This document shows positions 19,327-29,809 of a stretch of DNA of 42,012 bases, piece by piece. Below the pieces are notes generated by a model. That model was not told the origin of the DNA and searched no databases. It worked only from the letters and a program-made list of their open reading frames with translations. Location: IMG/VR virus record IMGVR_UViG_2563366969_000002. The stretch is one strand, 5' to 3'. A program made the position numbers and the translations under genes. Source of the DNA: a virus. Its lineage: Duplodnaviria; Heunggongvirae; Uroviricota; Caudoviricetes. Every line of letters begins with the position of its first letter. Within the stretch, counting starts at the first letter, position 1.

Positions 19327-19620
19327 TTATTGTGAGCAATACACACGCGCTTCCAGCGGAGTATAAATGCCTAAAGTAATAAAACCGAGCAATCCATTTA
19401 CGAATGTTTGCTGGGTTTCTGTTTTAACAACATTTTCTGCGCCGCCACAAATTTTGGCTGCATCAACAGTTTTCTCCTGTCCAATTCCCGAAACGAAGAA
19501 ATGATGGGTGATGGTTTCCTTTGGTGTTACTGCTGTCGGTTTGTTTCCAACAGTAAACGTCTGTTGAGCACATCCTGTAATAAGCATTGCCAGAGCGGCA
19601 GAAAACAACATTTTTTTCAT
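19327..19620 (-). CDS. bor: Bor lipoprotein (serum-resistance moron)
   Basis: From internal ATG: MKKMLFSAALAMLITGCAQQTFTVGNKPTAVTPKETITHHFFVSGIGQEKTVDAAKICGGAENVVKTETQQTFVNGLLGFITLGIYTPLEARVYCSQ, matches recalled lambda Bor. Confidence 0.9.
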   Translation of the reverse strand: MKKMLFSAALAMLITGCAQQTFTVGNKPTAVTPKETITHHFFVSGIGQEKTVDAAKICGGAENVVKTETQQTFVNGLLGFITLGIYTPLEARVYCSQ

Positions 19621-20145
19621 CTTATTATCCTGCATTGTTAAAAACGGCAGAATCCTATGTGACAACAATTAAACGATAGTTAAATGGATTGATGAAATTT
19701 AAAACTATATAGGTGTACGGTCAGACTATTGGAGGTAGTCAGGATTTGAATGTCAGTCTGTTGTCGGCATTCTGGCAATGCAATTTGGATAAAGCGGGGA
19801 TTAAAAAGATAGAGGCGAGCCGGTCAGGTAGAAATGAATCAGGCTCAAAGTGAAGCGGAAAAGGTCTGTGGCACAAACTGATACAGCCATAATTACAGCC
19901 TGATGATTTGTGGAATGAAACATGTTGAACCTCCTTAATTAATGTTATTCGAGTGAGGAAGGCATTCTGTCCTTCTATAGTGTCCAGTAAATCAAACAGG
20001 AAACTTGTCCAACGTGTTGGACAAGCCTCTCCATTAGTGAGTTGTATTGATCACAACTCTACAAAGAATTCATGACTGCGTAGATGAAAATAGTTTCACG
20101 ATGAATGGAGGAGGCTATGTCGGTGGCTTCTTCATTGGAGTACAT

Positions 20146-20496
20146 ATGCCATCACGAATCCCAAAAGCCTGCCGTGTTCGCGGCTGCCGTAATACCACTA
20201 CAGACCCGTCAGGCTACTGCGAAAGCCACAAAAACGAAGGCTGGAAACAATACAAGCCGGGGCAATCCCGTCATCAGCGCGGCTACGGTTCGAAGTGGGA
20301 CAGTATCCGCGCGCGCATATTGAAGCGTGACAAAGGCCTGTGTCAGTTATGTCTGCGTGCTGGTGTGGTGCGTGAGGCGAAAACCGTTGACCACATCATC
20401 CCTAAAGCGCATGGCGGCACCGATGCAGACAGTAATCTGCAGAGCCTGTGCTGGCCGTGCCATAAGGCGAAGACGGCCCGTGAACGGCTAAAGTGA
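20146..20496 (+). CDS. HNH endonuclease (terminase-associated)
   Basis: ATG 20146 with GGAG upstream; Cys/His-rich HNH motifs (…TVDHIIPKAHGGTDADSNLQSLCWPCHKAKT…); directly upstream of terminase genes as in HK97-type cos phages. Confidence 0.8.
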   Translation: MPSRIPKACRVRGCRNTTTDPSGYCESHKNEGWKQYKPGQSRHQRGYGSKWDSIRARILKRDKGLCQLCLRAGVVREAKTVDHIIPKAHGGTDADSNLQSLCWPCHKAKTARERLK

Positions 20497-20621
20497 TAAT
20501 AATTCTCAACTGTCTGAGGGGAGGGGCGGGTCAAATCTCTGTGACCTGACGTCTTCCGGACTGCCCGCCCCATCGTTTTTTTATACCCGCGAAAAATGAA
20601 ATTTAACCAGGAGTGCCGCAT

Positions 20622-21116
20622 ATGGCTGGAACGGCGGGGCGTTCCGGGCGTCGCCCCAAGCCAACGGCGCGCAAGGCGCTGGCCGGAAACCCCGGCAAGC
20701 GAGCCCTGAATAAAGATGAACCTGTTTTTACGCCCATCAAAGGTGTTGAGCCACCGGAGTGGTTCGCTGAAGAAGATCTCCCTCTCGCCACGACCATGTG
20801 GCAACTGACAACCAAAGAACTCTGCGGTCAGGGCCTGCTGTGCGTGACTGACCTTGCGGTGCTTGAGCGGTGGTGTGTGGCCTATGAGTTCTGGCGGCGT
20901 GCCGTGAAAAATATTGCCAGACAGGGCAACACCATCACCGGTGCAATGGGCGGTATGGTCAAAAATCCGGAGCTGACCGCCAAAAAAGAACAGGAGTCCG
21001 AGATGAGCAGCACGGGGGCAATGCTCGGACTCGACCCCAGCAGCCGCCAGCGTCTGATTGGCCTGGCGGGGCAGAAGAAAGCCACTAACCCGTTTCTGAA
21101 AATTATCGAATCATGA
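20622..21116 (+). CDS. Terminase small subunit
   Basis: [34 protein letters not shown]... typical terS N-terminus; ATG at 20622 with AGGAG 8 nt upstream (listed ORF starts at GTG 20613). Confidence 0.8.
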   Translation: MAGTAGRSGRRPKPTARKALAGNPGKRALNKDEPVFTPIKGVEPPEWFAEEDLPLATTMWQLTTKELCGQGLLCVTDLAVLERWCVAYEFWRRAVKNIARQGNTITGAMGGMVKNPELTAKKEQESEMSSTGAMLGLDPSSRQRLIGLAGQKKATNPFLKIIES

Positions 21117-22846
21117 GCCGGAAATCTTACCCCAACGTAAATGCTGCCAATCAGTATGCCCGGGATGTCGTTCGCGGAAAGATTGTGGCCTGCCAGTTTG
21201 TGATTCAGGCCTGCCAGCGCCATCTTGATGACCTGATGGCGGAAAAAAGTAAGTCGTTTCGTTACCGCTTCGACAAGGACCTGGCTGAACGGGCCGCCAA
21301 ATTTATTCAGCTGTTGCCGCATACCAAGGGTGAGTGGGCATTCAAACGGATGCTCATCACGCTGGAGCCGTGGCAGCTCTTTGTGATCTGCTGTGCGTTT
21401 GGCTGGGTCAATAAAGGTACCCGGCTGCGCCGCTTCCGGGAGGTGTATACCGAAATCCCCCGTAAGAACGGCAAATCGGCAATCTCTGCCGGTGTTGCCC
21501 TGTATTGTTTTGCCTGTGATAACGAGTTTGGCGCGGAAGTGTATTCCGGTGCCACGACAGAGAAACAGGCGTGGGAAGTCTTTCGCCCGGCGCGACTGAT
21601 GTGTAAACGCACACCCATGCTGACGGAAGCGTTCGGGATTGAGGTTAACGCCTCAAACATGAACCGTCCGGAGGATGGCGCGCGGTTTGAACCGCTGATC
21701 GGTAACCCCGGTGATGGTTCATCACCCCACTGTGCTGTGGTGGATGAATATCACGAGCATGCCACAGATGCACTTTACACCACGATGCTTACCGGGATGG
21801 GCGCGCGACGTCAGCCACTGATGTGGGCCATCACCACCGCCGGGTACAACATTGAGGGGCCGTGCTACGACAAGCGGCGGGAAGTCATCGAGATGCTCAA
21901 CGGCTCGGTGCCTAACGATGAACTGTTCGGGATCATCTATACCGTTGATGAAGGTGACGACTGGACCGACCCGCAGGTGCTGGAAAAAGCCAATCCAAAT
22001 ATTGGCGTGTCGGTTTATCGCGAATTTTTGTTAAGTCAGCAGCAGCGTGCGAAAAATAACGCCCGTCTGGCAAACGTCTTTAAAACAAAACACCTCAATA
22101 TCTGGGTGTCGGCACGTTCGGCGTATTTCAACCTGGTGAGCTGGCAGAGCTGCGAGGATAAATCACTGACCCTTGAGCAGTTCGAGGGGCAGCCGTGCAT
22201 TCTGGCCTTTGACCTGGCGCGTAAGCTGGATATGAACAGCATGGCGCGACTTTATACCCGCGAGATTGACGGTAAAACGCATTACTACAGTGTAGCCCCG
22301 CGTTTCTGGGTACCGTATGACACGGTGTACAGCGTCGAGAAAAATGAAGATCGCCGGACAGCCGAACGCTTTCAGAAATGGGTGGAAATGGGCGTTCTGA
22401 CTGTTACCGCTGGTGCGGAGGTGGATTATCGCTACATCCTCGAGGAGGCCAAAGCGGCGAACAAAATCAGCCCGGTCAGTGAGTCACCCATCGACCCCTT
22501 CGGGGCGACCGGGCTGTCGCATGACCTTGCTGATGAAGACCTGAACCCCATCACCATCATTCAGAATTACACCAACATGTCCGATCCGATGAAAGAGCTG
22601 GAAGCGGCGATTGAATCGGGGCGCTTTCATCATGACGGCAATCCCATCATGACCTGGTGTATCGGCAACGTGGTCGGCAAAACCATTCCGGGTAACGATG
22701 ATGTGGTGAAGCCTGTCAAGGAGCAGGCGGAAAACAAAATTGACGGTGCAGTTGCGCTGATTATGGCGGTTGGCAGAGCCATGCTGTACGAGAAAGAAGA
22801 CACGCTGTCTGATCACATTGAGTCCTACGGGATCCGCTCGCTTTAA
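21113..22846 (+). CDS. Terminase large subunit
   Basis: 577-aa ORF overlapping terS stop; ATPase and nuclease regions of HK97-type large terminase. Confidence 0.88.
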   Translation: MSRKSYPNVNAANQYARDVVRGKIVACQFVIQACQRHLDDLMAEKSKSFRYRFDKDLAERAAKFIQLLPHTKGEWAFKRMLITLEPWQLFVICCAFGWVNKGTRLRRFREVYTEIPRKNGKSAISAGVALYCFACDNEFGAEVYSGATTEKQAWEVFRPARLMCKRTPMLTEAFGIEVNASNMNRPEDGARFEPLIGNPGDGSSPHCAVVDEYHEHATDALYTTMLTGMGARRQPLMWAITTAGYNIEGPCYDKRREVIEMLNGSVPNDELFGIIYTVDEGDDWTDPQVLEKANPNIGVSVYREFLLSQQQRAKNNARLANVFKTKHLNIWVSARSAYFNLVSWQSCEDKSLTLEQFEGQPCILAFDLARKLDMNSMARLYTREIDGKTHYYSVAPRFWVPYDTVYSVEKNEDRRTAERFQKWVEMGVLTVTAGAEVDYRYILEEAKAANKISPVSESPIDPFGATGLSHDLADEDLNPITIIQNYTNMSDPMKELEAAIESGRFHHDGNPIMTWCIGNVVGKTIPGNDDVVKPVKEQAENKIDGAVALIMAVGRAMLYEKEDTLSDHIESYGIRSL

Positions 22847-22857
22847 CTGAGGTAATT

Positions 22858-23040
22858 ATGATCATGCTGATTTTCGCGCCTCTGGTGGGCGTGCTGGGTG
22901 CGCTTTTGCTGGCGTATGGTGCCTGGCTGATTTATCCCCCGGCGGGTTTTGTTGTTGCCGGGGCGCTGTGCCTGTTCTGGTCGTGGCTGGTGGCGCGATA
23001 TCTCGACCGTACACAGCCGTCTTTCGGCGGAGGTAAATAG
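22858..23040 (+). CDS. Small membrane protein
   Basis: 60-aa ORF, two hydrophobic segments, GAGG RBS; between terL and portal. Confidence 0.4.
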   Translation: MIMLIFAPLVGVLGALLLAYGAWLIYPPAGFVVAGALCLFWSWLVARYLDRTQPSFGGGK

Positions 23041-24281
23041 TGTTCTTTTCGGGATTATTTCAACGAAAAAGTGACGCACCGGTGACCACGCCAGCAGAGC
23101 TGGCGGAGGCTATCGGGCTATCATATGACACCTATACCGGAAAGCAGATCAGCAGCCAGCGGGCCATGCGACTGACGGCGGTTTTTTCCTGCGTCAGGGT
23201 GCTGGCAGAGTCGGTCGGGATGTTGCCCTGCAATCTGTATCACCTGAACGGCAGCCTGAAACAGAGAGCCACCGGCGAACGTCTGCATAAGCTGATCTCC
23301 ACGCATCCCAATGGCTATATGACGCCGCAGGAGTTCTGGGAGCTGGTGGTCACCTGTCTGTGCCTGAGGGGAAACTTTTACGCCTACAAAGTGAAAGCAT
23401 TTGGCGAAGTGGCTGAACTGCTGCCCGTCGATCCCGGTTGTGTGGTACCGAAGCTTAACAGTAGCTGGGAGCCGGTCTATCAGGTCACATTCCCGGACGG
23501 CTCCACGGATGTGCTGAGCCAGGAGGATATCTGGCATGTGCGCACGCTGACGCTGGACGGACTGGTGGGGCTGAATCCCGTCGCCTATGCCCGCGAGGCA
23601 ATATCGCTGGCGGCAGCGACTGAAGAGCACGGGGCCAGACTGTTCAGCAATGGTGCGGTGACGTCGGGTGTGTTGCGTACAGAGCAGACGCTGTCAGATC
23701 AGGCTTATGAGCGCCTGAAGAAAGATTTTGAGGAGCGTCACACCGGGCTTGGCAATGCTCACCGCCCGATGATCCTTGAGATGGGGCTGGACTGGAAGTC
23801 GATGGCGCTGAACGCCGAGGACAGCCAGTTCCTGGAAACCCGCAAGTTTCAGCTTGAAGAAATCTGTCGTCTGTTCCGGGTACCGTTGCACATGGTGCAG
23901 AACACCGATCGCGCCACCTTCAACAATATCGAAGAACTGGGGCTCGGATTTATCAACTATTCACTGGTGCCGTATCTGACCCGCATCGAACAGCGGATCA
24001 ACACCGGACTGGTACGAAAAAGTAAGCAGGGCGTTTATTACGCCAAATTTAACGCCGGGGCGTTACTGCGCGGGGATATGAAGTCCCGTTTTGAAGCCTA
24101 CGCCACCGGGATTAACTGGGGAATTTACTCTCCCAATGACTGCCGCGACCTGGAAGATATGAATCCGCGTCCCGGTGGGGATGTCTATCTCACACCGATG
24201 AACATGACCACGAAACCCTCCGATGGCAGTAAAGCCGGTAAGCAGAAGGATAACGCCAATGCAGACGAAACAACGTCTTGA
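23040..24281 (+). CDS. Portal protein (HK97 family)
   Basis: 413-aa ORF (GTG start) after terminase; size and position fit HK97-type portal. Confidence 0.85.
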   Translation: MFFSGLFQRKSDAPVTTPAELAEAIGLSYDTYTGKQISSQRAMRLTAVFSCVRVLAESVGMLPCNLYHLNGSLKQRATGERLHKLISTHPNGYMTPQEFWELVVTCLCLRGNFYAYKVKAFGEVAELLPVDPGCVVPKLNSSWEPVYQVTFPDGSTDVLSQEDIWHVRTLTLDGLVGLNPVAYAREAISLAAATEEHGARLFSNGAVTSGVLRTEQTLSDQAYERLKKDFEERHTGLGNAHRPMILEMGLDWKSMALNAEDSQFLETRKFQLEEICRLFRVPLHMVQNTDRATFNNIEELGLGFINYSLVPYLTRIEQRINTGLVRKSKQGVYYAKFNAGALLRGDMKSRFEAYATGINWGIYSPNDCRDLEDMNPRPGGDVYLTPMNMTTKPSDGSKAGKQKDNANADETTS

Positions 24282-24909
24282 TGTACCGCTGAGTCTGAAA
24301 TCTGTCAGTGACTCCGGTGAGTTTGAAGGGTATGGCTCCGTCTTTGGTGTAAAGGACAGCCACGATGATGTGGTGATGTCTGGGGCATTTGCTGCTTCCC
24401 TGCGGGCGTGGAGTGACAGAAAAGCGTTACCTGCGCTGCTCTGGCAGCACCGCATGGATGAGCCCATCGGTGTTTACACCGAAATGAAGGAAGACGATGT
24501 CGGGCTTTACGTCAGGGGGCGGTTGCTCATTGATGATGATCCCCTGGCAAAACGCGCACATGCACACATGAAGGCCGGTTCGTTAACCGGCCTTTCTATT
24601 GGGTACGTCCTGAAGGACTGGGAATACGACCGGACGAAAGAAGCCTTTCTGCTGAAAGAAATCGACCTCTGGGAAGTCAGTCTGGTGACGTTCCCGTCTA
24701 ACGACGAGGCACGGATCAGCGACGTCAAGAACGCGCTGGCCCGCGGGGAAATCCCCGAACAGAAAAAAATCGAAAGAGTCCTGCGTGATGTCGGACTCTC
24801 CCGTACCCAGGCCAAAGCATTCATGGCCGGGGGCTATAGCGCACTGTCCCTGCGCGACGCTGAGGATGTGAGCTCTGCACTGAATGCACTGAAAAATCTG
24901 AACTTCTAA
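24259..24909 (+). CDS. Prohead protease (HK97 gp4 family)
   Basis: ATG 24259 with AAGGA upstream; MQTKQRLDVPLSLKSVSDSGEFEGYGSVFGVKDSHDDVVMSGAF... typical prohead protease start; between portal and capsid. Confidence 0.8.
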   Translation: MQTKQRLDVPLSLKSVSDSGEFEGYGSVFGVKDSHDDVVMSGAFAASLRAWSDRKALPALLWQHRMDEPIGVYTEMKEDDVGLYVRGRLLIDDDPLAKRAHAHMKAGSLTGLSIGYVLKDWEYDRTKEAFLLKEIDLWEVSLVTFPSNDEARISDVKNALARGEIPEQKKIERVLRDVGLSRTQAKAFMAGGYSALSLRDAEDVSSALNALKNLNF

Positions 24910-24923
24910 TCAGGAGAAATACG

Positions 24924-26129
24924 ATGGCGGTAGATATTAAAGATGTCGAACAGGTCGCGCAGGAGCTGCAGCAGAAGTTTGACGACTTCAAAGCAAAGAA
25001 CGACAAGCGCGTGGATGCGATTGAGCAGGAAAAAGGCAAACTTGTCGGGCAGGTGGAAACCCTGAACGGGAAACTCAGCGAGCTGGAAAATCTCAAAAGC
25101 GACCTTGAAAAAGAGCTGCTTGAGCTGAAACGTCCGGCAGGTGGAGCGCAAAATAAACTGGCCACCGAGCATAAAGAGGCGTTTGTGGGCTTCCTGCGTA
25201 AAGGCCGTGAAGACGGTCTGCGCGATCTGGAGCGTAAGGCATTGCAGGTGGGTACCGATGAAGACGGTGGCTACGCCGTGCCGGAAGAACTGGATCGCAA
25301 CATTCTTAACCTGCTGAAAGATGAAGTGGTGATGCGTCAGGAAGCCACGGTGATCACCGTTGGCGGTTCCGACTACAAAAAACTGGTGAATCTGGGCGGT
25401 ACGGCTTCCGGATGGGTGGGGGAAACGGATACGCGATCCCAGACTGCCACCTCCAGACTGGAGCTGATTGAACCTCTCATGGGGGAAATCTACGGCAACC
25501 CGCAGGCTACCCAGAAAATGCTGGACGATGCCTTCTTCAACGTGGAGGCCTGGATCAACAGCGAGCTGGCAACCGAATTTGCCGAACAGGAAGAAATTGC
25601 CTTTACCTCAGGCGATGGCACCAAGAAGCCGAAAGGGTTCCTGGCGTATGAATCCACTGATGAAACCGACAAGGTCCGGGCGTTCGGCAAACTTCAGCAT
25701 ATTGTATCCGGCGAAGCGACCGCGGTGACCGCAGACGCCATTATCAAACTGATTTACACGCTGCGTAAGGCACACCGCACTGGCGCGAAGTTCATGATGA
25801 ACAACAACAGCCTGTTTGCCATCCGTCTGCTGAAAGACACCGAGGGTAACTATCTGTGGCGTCCGGGGCTGGAACTGGGGCAGCCGTCCTCTCTGGCGGG
25901 TTACGGTATCGCTGAAAACGAACAGATGCCGGATATCGCCGCTGATGCGAAAGCCATTGCATTTGGTAACTTCAAACGGGGTTACACCATCGTTGACCGT
26001 ATCGGCACCCGCATTCTGCGTGACCCGTACACCAATAAACCGTTTGTCGGTTTTTATACCACCAAGCGCACCGGCGGGATGCTGGTCGATTCGCAGGCCA
26101 TCAAACTGCTGAAGATTGCAGCGGCGTAA
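24924..26129 (+). CDS. Major capsid protein (HK97 fold) with N-terminal delta domain
   Basis: 401-aa ORF; coiled-coil-like N-terminal ~100 aa; C-terminal …GNFKRGYTIVDRIGTRILRDPYTNKPFVGFYTTKRTGGMLVDSQAIKLLKIAAA typical of HK97-type MCP. Confidence 0.88.
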   Translation: MAVDIKDVEQVAQELQQKFDDFKAKNDKRVDAIEQEKGKLVGQVETLNGKLSELENLKSDLEKELLELKRPAGGAQNKLATEHKEAFVGFLRKGREDGLRDLERKALQVGTDEDGGYAVPEELDRNILNLLKDEVVMRQEATVITVGGSDYKKLVNLGGTASGWVGETDTRSQTATSRLELIEPLMGEIYGNPQATQKMLDDAFFNVEAWINSELATEFAEQEEIAFTSGDGTKKPKGFLAYESTDETDKVRAFGKLQHIVSGEATAVTADAIIKLIYTLRKAHRTGAKFMMNNNSLFAIRLLKDTEGNYLWRPGLELGQPSSLAGYGIAENEQMPDIAADAKAIAFGNFKRGYTIVDRIGTRILRDPYTNKPFVGFYTTKRTGGMLVDSQAIKLLKIAAA

Positions 26130-26178
26130 TCACTCAGGGGCGCGGAACCGCGCCCCCTGTTCTGACGGGTGAAGAATC

Positions 26179-26379
26179 ATGATCCTGAAACAAGATCTGA
26201 AATGGTCACCGGACGGTATGCGTGTTGAGGTCATTCGGGCCGGTGAGTATGACGACGGGGCGCTTCCTGCCCGGGTGCAGGAGATTGCACTTCAGGCCGG
26301 GTTAGCAGAGCGCGGAACCAGTGCAAAAAGCAGTAAAGCGGCAAAAGAGAAAAAAGCCACGACCAGTAAAGAGGGCTGA
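26179..26379 (+). CDS. Small hypothetical head-module protein
   Basis: 66-aa ORF with Lys/Ala/Ser-rich tail; position only. Confidence 0.35.
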   Translation: MILKQDLKWSPDGMRVEVIRAGEYDDGALPARVQEIALQAGLAERGTSAKSSKAAKEKKATTSKEG

Positions 26380-26381
26380 GT

Positions 26382-26705
26382 ATGCTTCTGACAATGGAAG
26401 AGATTAAAGCCCAACTCCGGCTGGATGAGGATTTCGATGCTGATGACCGCCATCTGCAACTGCTGGCCTGTGCGGCGCAAAAGCGGACGGAAACGTATCT
26501 GAACCGGAAGCTCTATGCACCGGATGAAACCATTCCGGACAGCGATCCGGACGGGCTGCACCTGCCGGATGATATTCGTCTGGGGATGCTGATGCTTATC
26601 AGCCATTTTTACGAAAACCGCTCGTCGGTTACGGAAGTGGAGAAACTCGACATGCCGCAGAGTTTTGGCTGGCTTGTTGGCCCGTACAGGTACTTTCCGC
26701 AATGA
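26382..26705 (+). CDS. Head-tail connector protein (gp6-like)
   Basis: 107-aa ORF MLLTMEEIKAQLRLDEDFDADDRHLQLLACAAQKRTETYL... typical of gp6-like connectors. Confidence 0.7.
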   Translation: MLLTMEEIKAQLRLDEDFDADDRHLQLLACAAQKRTETYLNRKLYAPDETIPDSDPDGLHLPDDIRLGMLMLISHFYENRSSVTEVEKLDMPQSFGWLVGPYRYFPQ

Positions 26706-27112
26706 AAATTCGTCAGGCGCAGACCAGCGCAACCTACATTCTGCCGGACCCCGGTGAACTGAATAAACGCGTCCTGATCCGCCTGCGGGTGGATATGCCC
26801 GCGGATAACTTTGGCGTGGAGCCTCAATACCCGGTTACGTTCCGGACATGGGCGAAGGTTATCCAGACCAGTGCCACCACCTGGCAGGAAACCGCGCAGA
26901 CCGGGGACGCCATCACCCATTACATCACCATTCGTTACCGCCGGGGGATCACCGCTGATTATGAGGTGGTCTGCGGTGACAGTGTGTACCGGGTGAAACG
27001 TCAGCGCGATCTGAACGGGGCGCGGCGCTTTCTGCTGCTGGAGTGTACGGAGCTGGGTGAATGTAGGCAGAGTCACGGAGGCAACAATGACGACTTCCTT
27101 TTTGCACGTTGA
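26702..27112 (+). CDS. Head closure / head-tail adaptor protein
   Basis: 136-aa ORF with overlapping start; position and size. Confidence 0.6.
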   Translation: MKIRQAQTSATYILPDPGELNKRVLIRLRVDMPADNFGVEPQYPVTFRTWAKVIQTSATTWQETAQTGDAITHYITIRYRRGITADYEVVCGDSVYRVKRQRDLNGARRFLLLECTELGECRQSHGGNNDDFLFAR

Positions 27113-27593
27113 TTTTCAGCAGCCCGCGGAGATGCGCTTTAACCGCGCCCGTGTCCGGCGGGCGTTTATCACGATTGGGCAGCGTCATATGCGTGATGCC
27201 CGTCGGCTGGTGATACGCCGTGCGCGGTCGGCACCGGGTGAAAACCCCGGTTATCAGACCGGACGCCTGGCTCGTTCGATTGGTTACATGGTACCCAGAG
27301 CCAGTAAACATCGCCCTGGTTTTATGGCACGTATAGCCCCTAACCAGCGTAATGGAGAGGGAAACCGACGTATCACCGGTGATTTTTATCCGGCTTTTTT
27401 GTTCTATGGCGTGAGGCGAGGGGCAAAGCGTCGTCGCAGCCATCATCGTGGTGCATCCGGTGGCAGCGGCTGGCGACTGGCTCCACGTAATAACTTTATG
27501 GTGGAAACGCTTGAAAAGAACCGCAGCTGGACACGCTATTTTCTGGCGCGGGAATTACGTAAATCACTGAAGCCGGAGCGACGACGCAGATGA
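27087..27593 (+). CDS. HK97 gp10-like tail/neck component
   Basis: ATG 27087 with GGAGG upstream (listed ORF starts at GTG 27057); basic protein, synteny. Confidence 0.55.
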   Translation: MTTSFLHVDFQQPAEMRFNRARVRRAFITIGQRHMRDARRLVIRRARSAPGENPGYQTGRLARSIGYMVPRASKHRPGFMARIAPNQRNGEGNRRITGDFYPAFLFYGVRRGAKRRRSHHRGASGGSGWRLAPRNNFMVETLEKNRSWTRYFLARELRKSLKPERRRR

Positions 27594-28150
27594 AACTGAC
27601 GCCTGTTATTGCTGCGCTGCGTGCCCGCTGCCCGTATTTTGAAAACCGGGTGGCAGGCGCGGCACAGTTCAAAAATCTGCCGGAGGTCGGAAAGCTGAGA
27701 CTCCCGGCGGCGTATGTGGTACCGGGTGATGACTCTCCGGGAGAAAACAAAAGCCAGACCGACTACTAGCAGGAGCTGAAAGAGGGTTTCTCCGTGGTTG
27801 TCATACTGAGTAACGGGCGTGATGAGCGCGGTCAGTTTGCCTCGTATGATGTGGTGGACGATGTCCGGCAGATGCTCTTTAAGGCCCTGCTGGGCTGGAA
27901 CCCGGAAGCGTGCGGTAACCCGATTACCTATGACGGCGGCACGCTGCTGGATCTGAATCGTCATGAGCTGATTTATCAGTTCGATTTTTCGGTCATCAGC
28001 GAGCTGACCGAAGACGATACCCGCCAGCAGGATGATCTGAACAGTCTGGATGAACTGCAAACGCTGGCGATTGATGTTGATTATCTCGAGCCCGGTAACG
28101 GGCCTGACGGCGATATCGAACATCACACCGAAATAACCCTTCCTTCCTGA
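27590..28150 (+). pseudogene. Neck/tail-completion gene interrupted by in-frame TAG
   Basis: ATG 27590 (ATGA overlap with upstream gene) reads 59 codons to TAG at 27767-27769; same frame continues 27770-28150 (listed ORF from GTG 27794). Confidence 0.5.
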
Positions 28151-28158
28151 GGATCCTC

Positions 28159-28329
28159 ATGTTTGTCAAACCTGTTAAAGGGCGGTCAGTGCCTGACCCT
28201 GCCCGCGGCGACCTTTTGCCCGCCGAAGGGCGAAATGTTGACGAGAACAACTACTGGCTGCGCCGTGAAGCAGCGGGTGATATCCGGCGCGTGAATAAAA
28301 AGGTGAACACCGATGACGATAAGCTTTAA
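28159..28329 (+). CDS. Small protein preceding tail sheath
   Basis: 56-aa ORF MFVKPVKGRSVPDPARGDLLPAEGRNVDENNYWLRREAAGDIRRVNKKVNTDDDKL*, GAGGA upstream; overlaps sheath start. Confidence 0.4.
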   Translation: MFVKPVKGRSVPDPARGDLLPAEGRNVDENNYWLRREAAGDIRRVNKKVNTDDDKL

Positions 28330-29809
28330 CACCATTCCGTCGAATACGCTGGTTCCGTTGTTTTATGCGGAAATGGATAACCAGGCGGCGAATACTGCAC
28401 AGGACAGCGGAGCATCGCTGCTGATTGGTCATGCCAATAACGGTGCAGAGATTGTTGCCAACAGTCTGGTACTGATGTCGTCGGCAGACTATGCACGCCA
28501 GATTTGTGGTGCGGGAAGTCAGCTGGCGCGTATGGTCGAGGCTTATCGCCAGACTGACCCGTTTGGCGAGCTGTATGTGATTGCCGTTCCTGAATCCACA
28601 GGTGCGGCGGCAACAGTTACGCTGACGGTGACCGGGGCGGCAACCGAAACCGGCACGGTGAATGTGTATGTAGGACGTACCCGCGTGCAGGCACCGGTGA
28701 CTAACGGCGATAACGTCACGATGATTGCCAGCAGTATCCAGGATGCCATCAATGCCGTTCCGACCCTGCCGTTTACGGCTTCATCTTCGGCAGGCGTGGT
28801 CACACTGACCGCGCGTCATAAGGGGCTTTGTGGGAATGAAATTCCTGTCAGCCTCAATTACTACGGCTTTGGTGGGGGCGAAGTGCTGCCAGCGGGCGTA
28901 CAGATTGCCGTGGCGACGGGTACCGCCGGAACGGGCGCTCCGGTTCTCACCGGCGCGGTGGCTGCAATGGCGGATGAGCCGTTTGATTATATCGGTCTGC
29001 CGTTCAACGACACGGCCTCTGTTAACACGCTGGTGACCGAGATGAACGATACCAGCGGTCGCTGGAGCTATGCGCGTCAGCTGTATGGTCATGTGTATAC
29101 GGCAAAGGCCGGCACACTGTCAGAACTGGTGACCGCAGGTGACCAGTTTAACCAGCAGCACATTACCCTGGCGGGGTACGAAAAAGAGACCCAGACGCCT
29201 GCCGACGAGCTGGCGGCAAGCCGTACCGCCCGCGCAGCGGTGTTTATCCGCAACGATCCGGCACGTCCCACGCAGACCGGTGAGCTGGTGGGTATGCTGC
29301 CTGCGCCGAAGGGGAAACGGTTCACGATGACCGAACAACAGACCCTGCTGTCTCATGGCGTGGCAACGGCGTATGTCGAAAGCGGGGTACTGCGCATTCA
29401 GCGTGATGTCACCACGTACAGGAAAAACGCTTACGGGGTTGCGGATAACAGTTACCTCGACAGTGAGACGCTGCATACCAGCGCGTATGTACTGCGCAAA
29501 CTGAAATCCGTCATTACCAGTAAGTACGGGCGTCACAAGCTTGCCAGTGACGGTACCCGCTTTGGTCCCGGTCAGGCGATTGTCACCCCGGCGGTGATCA
29601 AAGGGGAACTGCTGGCAACCTACCGTCAGCTTGAGCGTGCGGGGATCGTGGAAAACTACGAACTGTTTAAGCAGTACCTGGTTGTGGAGCGTGATGCCAG
29701 CGATCCGAACCGCCTGAACACGCTGTTCCCGCCTGACTATGTTAACCAGCTGCGTATCTTTGCCGTGGTTAATCAGTTCCGTCTTCAGTATTCAGAGGAG
29801 TCTGCATAA
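28313..29809 (+). CDS. Tail sheath protein (Mu gpL-like)
   Basis: 498-aa ORF, size and position before tube/chaperone/tape measure; contractile-tail signature. Confidence 0.85.
   Translation: MTISFNTIPSNTLVPLFYAEMDNQAANTAQDSGASLLIGHANNGAEIVANSLVLMSSADYARQICGAGSQLARMVEAYRQTDPFGELYVIAVPESTGAAATVTLTVTGAATETGTVNVYVGRTRVQAPVTNGDNVTMIASSIQDAINAVPTLPFTASSSAGVVTLTARHKGLCGNEIPVSLNYYGFGGGEVLPAGVQIAVATGTAGTGAPVLTGAVAAMADEPFDYIGLPFNDTASVNTLVTEMNDTSGRWSYARQLYGHVYTAKAGTLSELVTAGDQFNQQHITLAGYEKETQTPADELAASRTARAAVFIRNDPARPTQTGELVGMLPAPKGKRFTMTEQQTLLSHGVATAYVESGVLRIQRDVTTYRKNAYGVADNSYLDSETLHTSAYVLRKLKSVITSKYGRHKLASDGTRFGPGQAIVTPAVIKGELLATYRQLERAGIVENYELFKQYLVVERDASDPNRLNTLFPPDYVNQLRIFAVVNQFRLQYSEESA

Noticed and set aside
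28326-29536. Several minus-strand ORFs inside the tail sheath gene
   Set aside because: Embedded in a strongly supported structural gene in a GC-rich segment where long spurious frames are common.
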